In this document: positions 1 to 12,625 of the stretch, in pieces
How the letters are laid out: every line of letters begins with the position of its first letter
How positions within the stretch are numbered: the stretch's first letter is position 1
The notes under the pieces: generated by a model
Database searches by the model: none
Told to the model about the DNA's origin: nothing
The model's input: the letters and a program-made list of their open reading frames with translations, nothing else
Position numbers and translations under genes: made by a program
NCBI GenBank assembly: GCA_951406725.2
Contig: OX597819.1
Coordinates: forward strand, 124,434,001-124,498,000
Direction: 5' to 3'
Source of the DNA: Octopus vulgaris
Lineage: Eukaryota
Length of the DNA: 64,000 nucleotides

Positions 1-291
1 ATTATCTCCCAATATTTGGTTTTTTCCATTTGTAAAATGTTTGTTAATTAAACAAACATTCTATATTCTCTGTCTGTCCCTCTGCTATGCTACATCAAAG
101 AGATTCTGTCTCTTTCTGAGTCCTGCAACATATATAGATTACAAGGGAATGGCTGACAGTAAATTTTAAGTTTTAGCATCCCTGCTGTCATATAGTCACA
201 CATGAACATACATACATACAAACAAACATGGTGGAATTCCATTTGTGACCAAGTAAGGTCACTTCCTAAACTCATTAAATCCATACATGTG

Positions 292-675
292 AAGGCACAA
301 TTGCCCAGTGGTTAGGGCAGCGGACTTGCGGTCGTAGGATCGCGGTTTCGATTCCCAGACCGGGCGTTGTGAGTGTTTATTGAGCGAAAACACCTAAAAG
401 CTCCACAAGGCTCCGGCAGGGATGGTGGTGATCCCTGCTGTACTCTTTCACCACAACTTTCTCTCACTCTTACTTCCTGTTTCTGTTGTACCTGTATTTC
501 AAAGGGCCAGCCTTGTCACTCTCTGTGTCACGCTGAATCTCCCCGAGAACTACGTTAAGGGTACACGTGTCTGTGGAGTGCTCAGCCACTTACACGTTAA
601 TTTCACGAGCAGGCTGTGCCATTGATTCGGATCAACCGGAACCCTCGTCATCGTAACCGACGGAGTGCTTCCATC
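292..675 (+). mobile_element. tRNA-derived SINE
   Basis: Pol III A-box (TGCCCAGTGG) and B-box-like (GGTTTCGATTCCC) head; related copy at 16462. Confidence 0.8.
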
Positions 676-1020
676 CATTAAATCCATACAAACATTCTGA
701 GTCCAAGAAGTTCCTGTGTTTGAATTTGTTTTAAGTGGATAAAGTGTTGTCAGCACTGAACCCACTTTTCGGTGCAAAAAGCTATAGAACCAGTGGCATA
801 ACAGAGGTTGAGACAACCAGAAACTGTGTTTTAGGTTTTTTGATGTGAGTTTACCTTCTAGAAAGGAAGTTCTAATGACAACTAGGAGTCTTTCACTCCT
901 AGTGGTTCACATGCTAGCTGGGACCCTAACAGTTGCTACTACTCTGAGTTAGAATTGATCTGGTAACAATAGTGGCTAAGAGATGGTTCTACCCTCCTCC
1001 TCAAAACCTTGCAATACATA

Positions 1021-1255
1021 CCTATTTCTGTACTACCCACAATGGGCTAAACACAGAGAGGACAAACAAGGACAAACAAATAGATTAAGTCGATTACATC
1101 GACCCCAGTGCGTAACTGGTACTTAATTTATTGACCCCGAAAAGATGAAAGGCAAAGTGGACCTCGGTGGAATTTGAACTCAGAACGTAACGGCAGACGA
1201 AATACCGCAAAGCATTTCACCTGGTGTGCTAACGTTTCTGCCAGCTCGCCGCCTT
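1021..1255 (-). mobile_element. SINE with Meta-domain-like core
   Basis: Reverse complement carries GACTTTGCCTTTCATC..GGGGTCRATAAATTAAGTACCAG; more than 10 copies in the window. Confidence 0.8.
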
Positions 1256-1568
1256 ATACATACCTTGCAATACATACCTTGTTCATATCATGAATATATA
1301 CAATGTTCAGCCTTGTTTTGCTATCCACTTTTCTCTGCTCATACGTATTGGATGGAATTTTGTTAAGGTAGAATTTTGCAGCCAGATGCTCTTCCTGCTG
1401 CCAACCATCACTTGTTTCCAAGTAAGGTAATATTTCCTCTTGACCAAATTGGTTTTCACAGATTTTGAATGAAAGATATTGCTTGCATAGCAGAGACATT
1501 CTCGTCTACATCTACAAAACGATGTCAGAGCAAGGAGACTGTGACACACACACCCATTTGTATATATA

Positions 1569-1880
1569 CATCATCATCATCGTTTAACGTCTGTTTTCTG
1601 CGCTAGCACGGGTTGGACGGTTCGACCGGGGTCTGGGAAGCCAGGAAGCTGCACCAGGCTCCAGTCTGATCTGGCAGTGTTTCTACAGCTGGATGCCCTT
1701 CCTAATGCCAACCACTCCGCGAGTGTAGTGGGTGCTTTTTATGTGCCACCGGCACAGAAGCCAGTCGAGGCGGCGCTGGCATCAGCCATGTTCGGATGGT
1801 GCTTTTTATGTGCCACCGGCACAGAAGCCAGTCGAGGCAGTGCTGGCAAGTCGAGGCGGCACTGGCAGTCGAGGCGGCGC
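1569..1880 (-). mobile_element. RTE-tail retroposon (short element / LINE 3' end) with (ATG)n tail
   Basis: catcatcatcgtttaacgtc...ctggatgcccttcctaaygccaaccactc family; more than 20 copies in the window. Confidence 0.85.
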
Positions 1881-2055
1881 TATTTATATTTCCCCAGAGT
1901 TATCGATAAAACCAGTATTGTTCAAATACTGAAGAAATCAATGCTCCTAATTGTCTATACTTCTACTGTATATATTTGTGGTCTTGTGTCAATATGAGGA
2001 ATAATTATTTTACAGTCTCTTTCAGTAACAAAGTGAAAAGATGTGATTTGTTACG

Positions 2056-2079
2056 ATGGACAAACTCGATGAAGACAAA
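2056..2079 (+). CDS. Ankyrin-like gene, first coding segment (MDKLDEDK)
   Basis: Acceptor ttttacag at 2015 (or ttcag at 2025), ATG at 2056, donor gtaaat; phase 0 fits the next exon. Confidence 0.6.
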
Positions 2080-2159
2080 GTAAATATATTTATAATGCAT
2101 ATTTTGATTCATGTGTTGTATCCATTAATGTGTCATAAGTTAGCAGTTTGTCAAATAGA

Positions 2160-2483
2160 CATCATCATCATCATCATTGTTTAACGTCCGTTTTCCATGC
2201 TAGCATGGGTTGGATGGTTCGACCAGGGTCTGGGAAGCCAGGAGGCTGCACCAGGCTCCAGTCTGATCTGGCAGTGTTTCTACAGCTGGATGCTCTTCCT
2301 AACGTCAACCACTCCGAGAGTGTAGTGGGTGCTATTTACCTGCCACCAGCACAGGTGCCAGGGGAGGCTGGCAGCAGCCACGATCGGTTGGTGCTTTTTA
2401 CGTGCCACCAGCACAGAAGCCAGTCAAGGCAGCGCTGGCATCGGCCATGTTCAGATGGTGCTTTTTACGTGCCACCAGCACAG
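2160..2483 (-). mobile_element. RTE-tail retroposon copy
   Basis: Same family as 1569-1880. Confidence 0.85.
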
Positions 2484-3265
2484 AGTTTGAACTAAGTAAT
2501 GGGTAAAGACTCACTTTGGTCATGAATGACTACAGGATTGTTCCCCTCCAAAGCACAGTCTAGAAAGTTCCCCTCCAAAGCACAAGTCTGGGCAAGATGT
2601 GTTTGTGGAAGACCAGCAGTTGCCCATGCATATCAGTCTCACCTCTCCATGCTACTGATGTCCAAGGAAAGACTGATATAGCCTGGCACTGATGTTTCTG
2701 GCCAGAATACTTTTTCTGTAAGGCCTCATAATTTAGTAGGCAGAAACTGTGTGGAAATCTGTCAAAAGAACCATTCCTATTCTTAACCTGTCGTTTGGTT
2801 TAACACTACTACAGGACCAGGTCTGAGGATAACTTTTGTCATTTTCTCCAAGCAATCTTGAAGGTCCTGAAAAAGGCCATGTGTGATGCTTTTCTTTCTC
2901 TCATTAAGTCATATGAAAAAAAAACAAAAAAACTCACAACTGTGCTCTTTGGGAGTTTTATCTGAGACTCCCAAAACTGCAAATTTTTGTGGTTTTATTT
3001 ATCTTATATTTTATTTTTTAACCTATATTCATTTGAAAATTTGTCATGTTAAATATTATGCATGTTTTTAGTTTATTAACCTTTTTCTAAAGGAAATGTG
3101 TTTAAATCAAATTTAAATGTTGAAGTGAATCTAACGGTTTTTGTGTGTTTCTTAAATGGCTTATAAACACCTTCCACGCTGCAATTGTTTGCGTTCCAGC
3201 ACACGATCTCAGATCAAGTCACTTGCTAAGCAAGTACATCTCTGTAATGTGTTTTCTGTTTTCAG

Positions 3266-3355
3266 CCAGTTTCTCAAAATGGTAATGCACAAAATGAGGA
3301 GGAAGAAGAAAAGCAGAAACATGAACAGCAAGAAGCTTTGAGAAAATGGAAGAAA
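3266..3355 (+). CDS. Ankyrin-like gene exon (PVSQNGNAQNEEEEEKQKHEQQEALRKWKK)
   Basis: ttttctgttttcag acceptor, gtaagg donor, 90 nt, purine-rich. Confidence 0.8.
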
Positions 3356-3499
3356 GTAAGGAAATGATTTGGCTGTAAAATGATATAAATTTTGTTTTAG
3401 AAACTTTATTTTTTTCTTTTTGTTTTTAAAGTTAGTCAAAAGGGGGTCAGGAAAGTTTCTGTAATATTTCCTGGTCTCCTAAGATCTGGTGTGATTGAT

Positions 3500-3870
3500 G
3501 TGGTTGTCGTTCAGTATGAACGTCTGTTTGTTGGTATCTGTAAGACAAAAAAAGTGGACTAAGAGAGGGAATTCCAGAGAGTAGCAGTTCTGACAGGAAA
3601 AGGGTTCAGAGAAGTATTGGGAAGTAAGATGAGAGAAAGAGGGACAAATGTATCAGATGGGGTGATATGCAGTTTGCAAACTGGGACTGGCAGGGGCTGA
3701 TGTAGTAGCAACAGAAGAGTAAACGAGATGTCTGTGAGCCAAGGTTGAAATGCTTTGGTGAGCAACTCTTTCTCAATCAAGCGAATGCCCTTCTTCTGGA
3801 TGAAGTCTAAAATATTTGCCAGTGTAGCAGCAGCAACAGCCCTGGCTCAGATATGGGAGCAAGTACTTCA
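3500..3870 (-). mobile_element. Decayed non-LTR retrotransposon 3' fragment (CR1/L2/Jockey-group like)
   Basis: Minus-strand YCSHI*...LDFIQKKGIRLI...RTATLWNSL, typical of the ORF2 C-terminus. Confidence 0.6.
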
Positions 3871-4082
3871 ATGTATATACTGCTAGTGATTGATTGGCAG
3901 AAGTTAGCAAATTATCATATTGAAATATTTTCTGGACCTGAGAAAAGCTAGTCCTTGGAATGCAGTTTTGGCAATGTTATATATTACCATATAAGGTCAT
4001 CAGGCTCTAGCTTTAGTTATATGTTGTTTGTGGGCAAGGAGGCTGTAAATACTGTGTCTTTGATACACACACACACACACAC

Positions 4083-4553
4083 ATCATCGTTTAACGTCCG
4101 CCTTCCATGCTAGCATGGGTTGGACGGTTTGACTGAGGGCTGGCGAACCAGATGGCTGCACCAGGCTCCAATCTTGATCTGGCAGAGTTTCTACAGCTGG
4201 ATGCCTTTCCTAATGCCAACCACTCCGAGAGTGTAGTGGGTGCTTTTTACGTGCCACCGGCACGGGGGCCAGTGAAACGACATTGGTAACGATCACGCTT
4301 GAATAGTGCCCTTTTACGTGCCACGGGTACGGAAGCCAGTTGGCTGTTCTGGCAATGATTAGCCGCTCTGTCAACACACATGTATATATTATTGTGTCTG
4401 GGGAGGGTCATTCTCTTATAGCACCCAACTAGCACAGGCACAAGTGCCAGTAATGCGACGCTGGTAATGATCATACTTGAATGGTGCCCTTTTATGTGCC
4501 ACTGGCACGGAAGCTGGTTAGCCACTCTGTCAATGATCAGCCGCTCTGTCAAC
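4083..4553 (-). mobile_element. RTE-tail retroposon copy with a duplicated junction segment
   Basis: Family match; 4361-4423 duplicates 4540-4602. Confidence 0.8.
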
Positions 4554-4984
4554 ACACACATATATGTTCTTGTGTCTGGGGAGGGTCATTCTCTTATAGT
4601 ACCTTATTACTTAACACACTCACCAGTTTGATTTCCACTCATTTGTTTATTTATTTTTTCTAAAATTTTCATTGCATTTTGCAACCTCTTCAATAGTCAT
4701 TGGCTCTGTCCGTTATTAGAGCTGCGTTCTTTTTGTCTGCTTGTGCATATGTGTGTGTCTCAGTGTCCATGTGTATGCATGTATGCGTGTGTGTATGTAG
4801 CCATATATACGTATGCATGTGTGTATGTATTTTGCATATTCATGTGTTAGTGTGTGTGTGTATTTGCGTATGCACCTCTGTCTCCTTGTGTGTGTGCTTG
4901 TCTGTCCATATTACATATGTACCTATCTATCTATCCATCTGTTTACTTACATATCCATTTACCTACATATATAATATATGAGTT

Positions 4985-5357
<373 letters not shown>

Positions 5358-5389
5358 CTACATAACAGCCTAACAACTCTACCTGTGTA

Positions 5390-6230
5390 TATATAAACTG
5401 TGGGTATTGGGGTATGATTACCTTCTACATGTATTTCCTATTTAGTACTGGGGATGTTTCATTTATAAGGATGTACTCCTGTATTTGAGTGTTGAGTCCT
5501 TCAGGTGCTTGGATAAAATGCAGATGTCAAGTTGACCCAGTGTGCCTCCATGTTGGTCTTTGGCATCTCGGTAGAGTATAGAGGGCTGTTTTTTGTCATC
5601 ATATTGTCTCAAGTGTTCATTTAGTCTCACCTATGTATATCATGTTCTTGTCTTTATAAGCACCTTCTATGCACCTTATCCTGTAGACTACATTTCTAGT
5701 TCTACAGTTAATGCCAGGGTTAATCTTTCTTACCATGCAGTTCTCATTAGTGGATGTGGTATTCTCAAAGGGGTATGTCTTACAGAGTTGTGATCTGATG
5801 GAGCTCCCTGGCTTTTCAACGATCTTAATGTTGAGTTTTGCCTCCTTCAGAGCTTTCCTAAATCTCCGGGCTAGTTCTCCATGGTCTGTGGCCTCTACAA
5901 ACATCACTCCTTGATTTTTATCGATCTTGTACCACGTGTTCACCCTGTTTGCTTTGTCACAAACTCTTTGTATCTCATTGCCGTTTTTACTTCTATAGCT
6001 GGGCAGGTACAACTGGTTTCATTACATATAATGTTATCTAACTTCTTTCTAGCTCCCCTGTATACCCGAACCCTTTCTTTCTGGTCATATCCAGAGAATT
6101 GCATGTGGTGCATGAAGTTCTGTTTGTCTCTTTGTTTCATAGGGTTCACCTAGTGGGGATACGTTGTTCATAATCCTAACTAAGTTTGCTATCAGTATGT
6201 TAATTTTCATGTTGTGTGACAAAGCTGAGT
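5390..6230 (-). mobile_element. Penelope-like element, RT C-terminus plus GIY-YIG endonuclease fragment (frameshifted)
   Basis: ORF 5617..6012: CRTRNVVYRIRC...IYIGET. Confidence 0.8.
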
Positions 6231-6255
6231 TCTTAGAAGCTATGGGTTTTATGTC

Positions 6256-6430
6256 GCCATGATAGATTGTTAGCCACTACACTCATTTTTTTTCTCTGTC
6301 CCTTTCTGTAGAAGAGCGTAGGTTCGAAACGTAAAAGACATTTTCTATTCCTGAGTGTTATACTAAAACATCTGTTTGTTTTGTACACCACCTGTCTTCG
6401 TCTTTTGGTATTTTTCATAAACTTTCCCTA
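6256..6430 (+). mobile_element. Penelope-like terminal repeat, copy 2
   Basis: Matches 4985-5172. Confidence 0.65.
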
Positions 6431-6457
6431 TATATATATATATATATATACACATAC

Positions 6458-6506
<49 letters not shown>

Positions 6507-6541
6507 TATAATATAAATAAAGTTAGATAAGGCTGGTTTAT

Positions 6542-6602
6542 GGGATTACTCTGGGTTTCACGTTCATAAAGTGTTTAGCTTTACAATGTATCATCAGACC
6601 CC
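6542..6602 (-). ncRNA. Type I hammerhead ribozyme motif (Penelope-associated)
   Basis: GGGGU-CUGAUGA-stem II-GAAA-CCCAGA-GUA-AUCCC; intact core; stem I GGGGU/AUCCC. Confidence 0.6.
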
Positions 6603-6771
6603 AAAACATGTTGGCCTAAGGCCTCTTCAGCAAGAGTGCACATGTACGTATGACTATTGAGTTCTGCTGGTTCCTGTAACCTGAAGGTTTGGATGTACTG
6701 TTGCTGATTGCATTTCAAGGTAAGAGCAACCTTATTTGTGCCTTACAACTACAATTATTATTATTATTATT

Positions 6772-7566
6772 CATATACACTCAACAGATTAGACTGTTTG
6801 AAAAGAAAAGAATCCTAAAATCGGGCTACAAATAGCGTTTGATGCCAAGAATCTTCCTATTGGGTTACAGCAAGTAACCTTAGATGCCAAGAACCCTCCT
6901 AAGTATCCAAACTGTCCCCAATAACACCGTTTTCTGCAGCTGTACTAAACCGGGTTTCAATGCCCGTTTCCTCTATACACCTTATTAGAGTTTTAGGGAT
7001 AGTTACGCATGCACCTAAAACTAATGGGATATATTTTATCCACAATTTCCATATTTTCTGTAATTCAATAGCAAGGTCCTGGTACTTTGCTATTTTTCTA
7101 TACTTCTAATATTAATTTTTTCTTCATTTGGGACTGTAAAGTCAATTATATGGCACTTTCTATTCTTTATATTTACTACTACCAAATCAAGCCTTCTAGC
7201 TTCTATTACTCTGTCACTCTGAATGTCAAAGTCCCACATCTTGTATTTCATATTTTCTAGTGCTTTACTAGGTTCATGTTCATACCATTTATCAGTATGT
7301 TCAAGTCCTAGCTTTCTACATACCTCCCAGTGGATTGCTCTCCCTAGATCATCATGTCTTTTGTATTCTTTCTGTGCCTGCATGCTACATTCACTTACTA
7401 TATGAGTAACACTCTCTTCTTTCAATTTGCATAATCTACATTGGGAATCTACTTGATTTTTGTCTACCTTGGCTGGTATCCAATTAGTCCTTAATGCTTG
7501 ATCTTATGCAGCTGCTAACAAACTTTCTTTCTCCCTCTTTAGCTTTCCTTTCTGCAGCCACAACCA
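6772..7566 (-). mobile_element. R4/Dong-clade non-LTR retrotransposon 3' fragment (CCHC + restriction-like endonuclease)
   Basis: ESVTHIVSEC..YKRHDD..WDFDIQSDRVIEARRLDLVVV..IIDFTVP..KYQDL; flanked on both sides by (TAA/ATT)n. Confidence 0.8.
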
Positions 7567-7674
7567 TTATTATTATTACTATTATTTTTTTAAATATAAA
7601 ATACTACTTCTGAATATTCATAATAAAAAGTTATATAACATTGTTACTAATAAAATTTTATATTTGAATTTCAG

Positions 7675-7761
7675 AAAATAATTACGATTGTTTGTACTGG
7701 AAACATTGATGGACTAGAAGATATTATGGATGAACCAGAGTTTGATATCAATATTACTTGG
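7675..7761 (+). CDS. Ankyrin-like gene exon (KIITIVCTGNIDGLEDIMDEPEFDINITW)
   Basis: gaatttcag acceptor, gttagt donor, 87 nt. Confidence 0.85.
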
Positions 7762-7924
7762 GTTAGTGTAAAATGAAGATTCCTTTTTGGAAGAAAGCTT
7801 TTGTAACATTTAATATATATATTCACTTTTTTTCATTTACTATATCTTTGGGTAGTGGGTTGGCAGAGTTGATTGAGTGATATTTACTTATATCTTTTAT
7901 TTACATTGCAAATTTTTAAAAAAT

Positions 7925-8390
7925 TTAATTTGATTTAATTTTTTTGGCTCAAAAAGCAAAAGCAAGGCCATGTAGGGGGACATGGAATTATGTACAGGGA
8001 GGGTGTTCATACAAAGAGTTCAGGCCATTTCTGGTCAAGAGAGACTTTGAACTGAGTGGTCGGCAGCATCTTCACTATCTCGTCCGACAGCTTATTCCAC
8101 GGATCTGCAACCCGGACAGAGAAAGCCCCTCTCCTTCAACTGAGATGAAATCGTCGTAGATAGAGCTTTTCGGAGTGACCCCGCAGCCCATGCTCTGGAG
8201 CAGGAGTGAAGAACAGCTCTTTCGAGAGGTTACACTTTCCGCTTATGATGTTGTGAGCGTGAATGAGATCACCACGGCCGGCGTCGCTTATCGAGAGAAT
8301 AAAGGTTGAGTGTCTTCAGCCTTTCTTTATAAGACAAATGCTTGAGACCAAGAACCATGCGGGTAGCCAGCTTCTGGACTCTTTCTTTGA
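7925..8390 (-). mobile_element. CR1-type LINE 3' fragment
   Basis: ERVQKLATRMV..LSYKERLKTLNLYSL..GDLI..LRGH..FSVRVADPWNKL. Confidence 0.8.
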
Positions 8391-8939
8391 ACTCTGCCTA
8401 GGTCAGTTTTGCTTTCCATCTTTCCAGAATTGGTAAAGCATCAGCCAAAATGCCTTGTATTTCGTTGTTTTTTAATGATCTGAATTTGAATTCTGCCAAA
8501 GTCTGTTTTGCTTTTCATTTGTCCAGGGTTCATAAAATAAGTACCAGTCAGGGTCTTGTACCTGTGTTATAAATTGGGTTATATCAATATGAGTGGTCAA
8601 ATATCTTTCTGCAATTCACACCACACCCGTTTTTTGTGACTAGAGAAAAGCAGTTTAGATGAAAGCAAATTTTTTACTTTTGATTATGATTTAGTAAAAT
8701 AAACAAACCTTAATAAATATTTCATGGCTTTGTGAAAGAAAGGAGATTGGTAAAAAAAACATTGGAGTGCCAGACAAAGAATATCTTGTATATGTTTCAG
8801 TTGTTTACATTCTAATTTCAAACCCTGCCAAGGTCAACTTTGCATTTCAACCATGAGGGGAGGATAGAACCCAAGACTTTTTTGCTTGGCCTTTGCGAAC
8901 AGTGAGGAAGAAACCATGACTCATACATTACTACAGTAG

Positions 8940-9380
8940 AAGGTGGCGAGCTGGCAGAATCGTTAGCACGCTGGGCGAAATGCTTAGCAGTATTTTGTCT
9001 GCCGCTATGTTCTGTGTTCAAATTCCGCCGAGGTCAACTTTGCCTTTCATCCTTTTGGGGTCGATAAATTAACCCTTTTGTTACTGTATTTATTTTGTGA
9101 TGTTCTGTGTTTCTTTCAATTACTTTAAATATAACAAAGAATTTAGTAAAATAACTTGGTTATCTTTAAGCTAGTGTTAGGAACATAAATTGTGACTAAG
9201 GTTTGGTGGAAGATTTTAATTAAAATCTTATGAAAACAAGACATTTGTACTCAAAGCCAGAGCCGGTTTCAGTCGGGTTGGTAATGAAAGTTACCCACTG
9301 GGGTTGATATAATCGACTTAATCCATTTGTCCTTGTTTGTCCTCTGTGTTTAGCCCTTTGTGGGTAGTAAAGACATAGGT
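8940..9380 (+). mobile_element. Meta-core SINE interrupted at its TTAA by a MITE
   Basis: SINE head at 8940, tail resumes at about 9291. Confidence 0.75.
9073..9290. mobile_element. TTAA-type (piggyBac-like) MITE
   Basis: TTAA|CCCTTT start; homologous to 20316-20525; right TIR eroded. Confidence 0.7.
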
Positions 9381-9452
9381 ATTTGATCTTGATGAGGAGA
9401 CAGTAAATAATGTTTTATTTATTGAAATTTATATATCTTTTGATTATTTCAG

Positions 9453-9557
9453 TTTCAAGAAAATTTGCTAATGCAAGCTATCCGAGCAGAACAGATGGAA
9501 ATGGCAGAATTTCTTATAGACAATGGAATAAACTATAACTTCTCAAAAATGGTTCTG
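9453..9557 (+). CDS. Ankyrin-like gene exon (FQENLLMQAIRAEQMEMAEFLIDNGINYNFSKMVL)
   Basis: tatttcag acceptor, gttagt donor, 105 nt; ankyrin consensus-like LLxxAI...xxEFLIxxGxxxN. Confidence 0.87.
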
Positions 9558-9779
9558 GTTAGTTACTTTTTCTTTTATGAAGTTATCCTTTAGAGTAATC
9601 CAAATGTTTTTGATATAACAAAATTGATGAAGTAAGATTAATTCAAATTATTTAATAGAAACTTTTTTGTTCTTTTGCCCTCAGCTGATACTTTCAATTA
9701 CTGCCAACACTAAATATTTCAGCTCAGTCGTCTGTGTAGCAAGCACTGCTTCCCAATTTCAATGGTGGAGGAATTCAAA

Positions 9780-10050
9780 GCCTTGAAGCAAGAGGAATCA
9801 CAACATTCTTCTATCCAAAGATGAGAAAGATACTTCCTTTCACTGACATATTGCCAACCCTGATTGTTAAAGTATGGGGTAAAGAATAAAAACCCATCCT
9901 GAAAGCAGTGCAGAGCAACTCATTGCACCCTGAACCATATTTTGATCGGTTGCCCAAAGGAAATGGGAAAAGGCCGATCAAGTGGAGACATGACAAGGTT
10001 CTTGCAGAGATTGCAAGGGAGACTGATAAACAAAGAGTGAAGGCTAAATA
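9780..10050 (+). mobile_element. Decayed RLE-type (Hero/NeSL-like) non-LTR fragment
   Basis: Frameshifted VWG..KQCRATHCTLNHILIGCP..WRHDKVL zinc-knuckle/RHD motif. Confidence 0.55.
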
Positions 10051-10136
10051 AATAACAACAACAACATCATTGCCTCCACCAAGAGTTCAAAGTGACAAAG
10101 TTCAAAGATTCTTTGAATTTTACTATTCATTCTCAA

Positions 10137-10654
10137 CATCATCATCATCGTTTAACGTCCGCTTTCCATGGTAGCAGGGGTTGGACGGTTCGACCGGGGT
10201 CTGGGAAGCCAGGAGGCTGCACCAGGCTCCAATCTTGATCTGGCAGAGTTTCTACAGCTGGATGCCCTTCCTAACGCCAACCACTCCGAGAGTGTAGTGG
10301 GTGCTTTTTACGTGCCACCTGCACGGGGCCAGTCAGGTGGCACTGGCAACGACCTCGCTCGAATCTTTTACACATGCCACCGGCGCGGGTGCCAGTAAGG
10401 CGATCCTGGTAACAATCACGCTCAAATGGTGTCTTTTACGTGCCACCAGCATGGAGGCCAGATAGCCGCTCTGGCAACGATCACGCTCAGATGGTGCTCT
10501 TAATACCCTACTAGCACGGGGCTTGAGTGCCAGTAGTGTGACGCTGGTAATGATCACGTTCGAATGGTGCCTTTTAAGTGCCACTGGCACGGAAGCCGGT
10601 TAGCTGCTCTGTCAATGATCACACTCGTATGGTACTCTTTGCACCCCGCTAGCA
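10137..10654 (-). mobile_element. RTE-tail retroposon copy
   Basis: Family match with several internal repeat units. Confidence 0.85.
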
Positions 10655-11249
10655 AAAAAAAAAGTATTGAATCAGCTGGAGGAATATATAGACTCATTGT
10701 GCACACATCCTTTCATCTCTCCATCCATATACAAAAATATCTGAATGCAAATACCTGGTATGTTTTAGAATGAAATGACTATTATCTCTTTATGGGTGAT
10801 CAGTTCTTATTCAGTTGGAAATGGAGATGTCTGGGTTGCTATCAGCCCAACAATCATCCTTGTGATTGTTGGAGGCTCATCCGACCAACGTGTCAGGTGA
10901 TGCCCATGAAGATGCTTGGCTGCTCCAATGCTTTAGCTTCTCAGTCATGCGTGGTAATGTCACAAGTATGTTGAATAGCTTCTGTTGAACCTTGTGGTGT
11001 GCGACCAAATGAAGCACTTATTGTTGAATTTATGTGTTTTCTTTTTTCTTCTTTCATTGTTCATGTTTGTATTTTCTCTGGTTTTGTATTATATATGTAT
11101 CATACATACCTGTTATATATGTAATTATTACATTTTACATAAAACGAGATAAAACTTGTCTTCCCATATTTTTTTATTTATTGCTTTTTTTTTCCAACTT
11201 TATCATCATAATTAAAGGGGAACTGATATTCCAGGATTTCCAGAGAATG

Positions 11250-11746
11250 GGAAGCAGGCATTTGCCATATTCTGAACGCCTTACTTCCCTGGGCATGGAC
11301 ACATTGAAACTCCGACGTCTGGCAGCTGACTTGGCAGACACCCATAAAATTATTAACCATCGTACAAACAATAACTCTGAGCACCTTTTCAAACTCCACC
11401 TGTCTAAGACCCGTGGACATGTTTACAAATTCAGAAAACAGCACAGCTCCCATGACTTTCGGAAACATTTTTTCACGCTAAGAGTTGCTGAAGCATGGAA
11501 CAGACTGCTGGCATCAGTTGTTAGTTGTTGGAGCACTGCATCCTTCAAAACTTCCATGCTTCCTGAGATTCGCCAACACTACACCTGATTTTCTCCCCTC
11601 TATACACACACAAGCATGTATCTATCTGACTCATCATACACTGTTTGCTTTCCAGACATTTGTATATTACTGCATATGCTTTATACGCACTTTTGACAAG
11701 TTGTGGTGCACCTGAGCACTGTATACAATAATTTCATTATTATTAT
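11250..11746 (+). mobile_element. CR1-type LINE 3' end with (ATT)n tail
   Basis: LPYSERLTSLGMDTLKLRRLAADL..TRGHVYK..FFTLRVAEAWN; copies at 12626, 22194 and 50585. Confidence 0.88.
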
Positions 11747-11862
11747 AAATTCAATATATTGGGGAAAAATTCTAAAAAAAAAAGTTTGAATTTTAAAGGA
11801 TTATGTGTTGGTAGACTATATTTAACAGAATTATAATAAATTATTGTTTGATTTAATTTCAG

Positions 11863-12408
11863 GATTACAATGAAAAATCAAGGATTGTTGACTGTTACAC
11901 TGTAAACTGTCGCCAGTTAGCATACGAGCATAGTCTTTTCAAGACAGTCCAACTGATTGATCTCAAAAATCAAGAAGCTTTTGACTTCATCAGCTCCCGT
12001 AATAGGCTTACTTCCGCTTATATGTCAAAAAGGAGAAGTGAAAAGAGTTTTGAATTGGAGACTTCGGAAATTTATAAAAAAACAAAGAAAAACATTGGGA
12101 TAGTGGGCGTCAAAAAACGAAAAGATCTAGCTAGCAACATTTTGGCTGAAACTTATAAATTTCGACTTCACTCGTTGCCATCGAGATTCACCTTGAGTTT
12201 AAAGGGAAATAACTTTGAAATATTATTTATTCAAGGGAAATGTAAGTATGGACACACGATGGGTGAACGTTGTTCTTCAGCTAATGATATCTATAACCAC
12301 CCATATATGCTATTGAGACACGAACCTCAGAAGTATAAAAATTGCCTTTTCTTACTTACCAAACAACCCACTTTCCCGAAACTTAAAAATTACAAGCGGG
12401 TTGAGTAA
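11863..12408 (+). CDS. Ankyrin-like gene terminal coding exon (DYNEKSRIVDCYTVNCRQLAYEHSLFKTVQLIDLKN...KNYKRVE*)
   Basis: ttaatttcag acceptor; open 546-nt frame containing ORF 12022..12408 in frame. Confidence 0.82.
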   Translation, partial: DYNEKSRIVDCYTVNCRQLAYEHSLFKTVQLIDLKNQEAFDFISSRNRLTSAYMSKRRSEKSFELETSEIYKKTKKNIGIVGVKKRKDLASNILAETYKFRLHSLPSRFTLSLKGNNFEILFIQGKCKYGHTMGERCSSANDIYNHPYMLLRHEPQKYKNCLFLLTKQPTFPKLKNYKRVE

Positions 12409-12600
12409 AAAAACAAAAAAACCTTCTGCATTTAGCTGTTACGATCAAGAATTTAAACCAAACACTTAAGGAAAAAAGCCTGCTTAAGGGAAAGACAATC
12501 AGTCGCAAAACAGACCTCAAATTTTTTCTCCTCGGAAGAAGGAATACTGAACTTTCACAATAACCGATATCTATCACCTGTGCTCTCTCAGAGTAAATGA

Positions 12601-12606
12601 AATAAA
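12601..12606 (+). promoter_or_regulatory. Candidate polyadenylation signal AATAAA of the ankyrin-like gene
   Basis: First AATAAA after the stop, about 190 nt downstream; position only. Confidence 0.4.
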
Positions 12607-12625
12607 TGGCATCACACACCAAGTC

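Noticed and set aside
292-365. tRNA-like sequence (also at 16462, 43650, 48170)
   Set aside because: No complete cloverleaf; each continues into a SINE body.
1677-2495. Recurrent ORFs of the type MFLQLDALPNANHS..VVGAFYVPPA that look like a gene family
   Set aside because: They are chance translations of the dispersed RTE-tail retroposon; frames break differently in each copy.
2820-2890. CTGAGGA...GAAA motif
   Set aside because: No supporting stems I-III could be formed.
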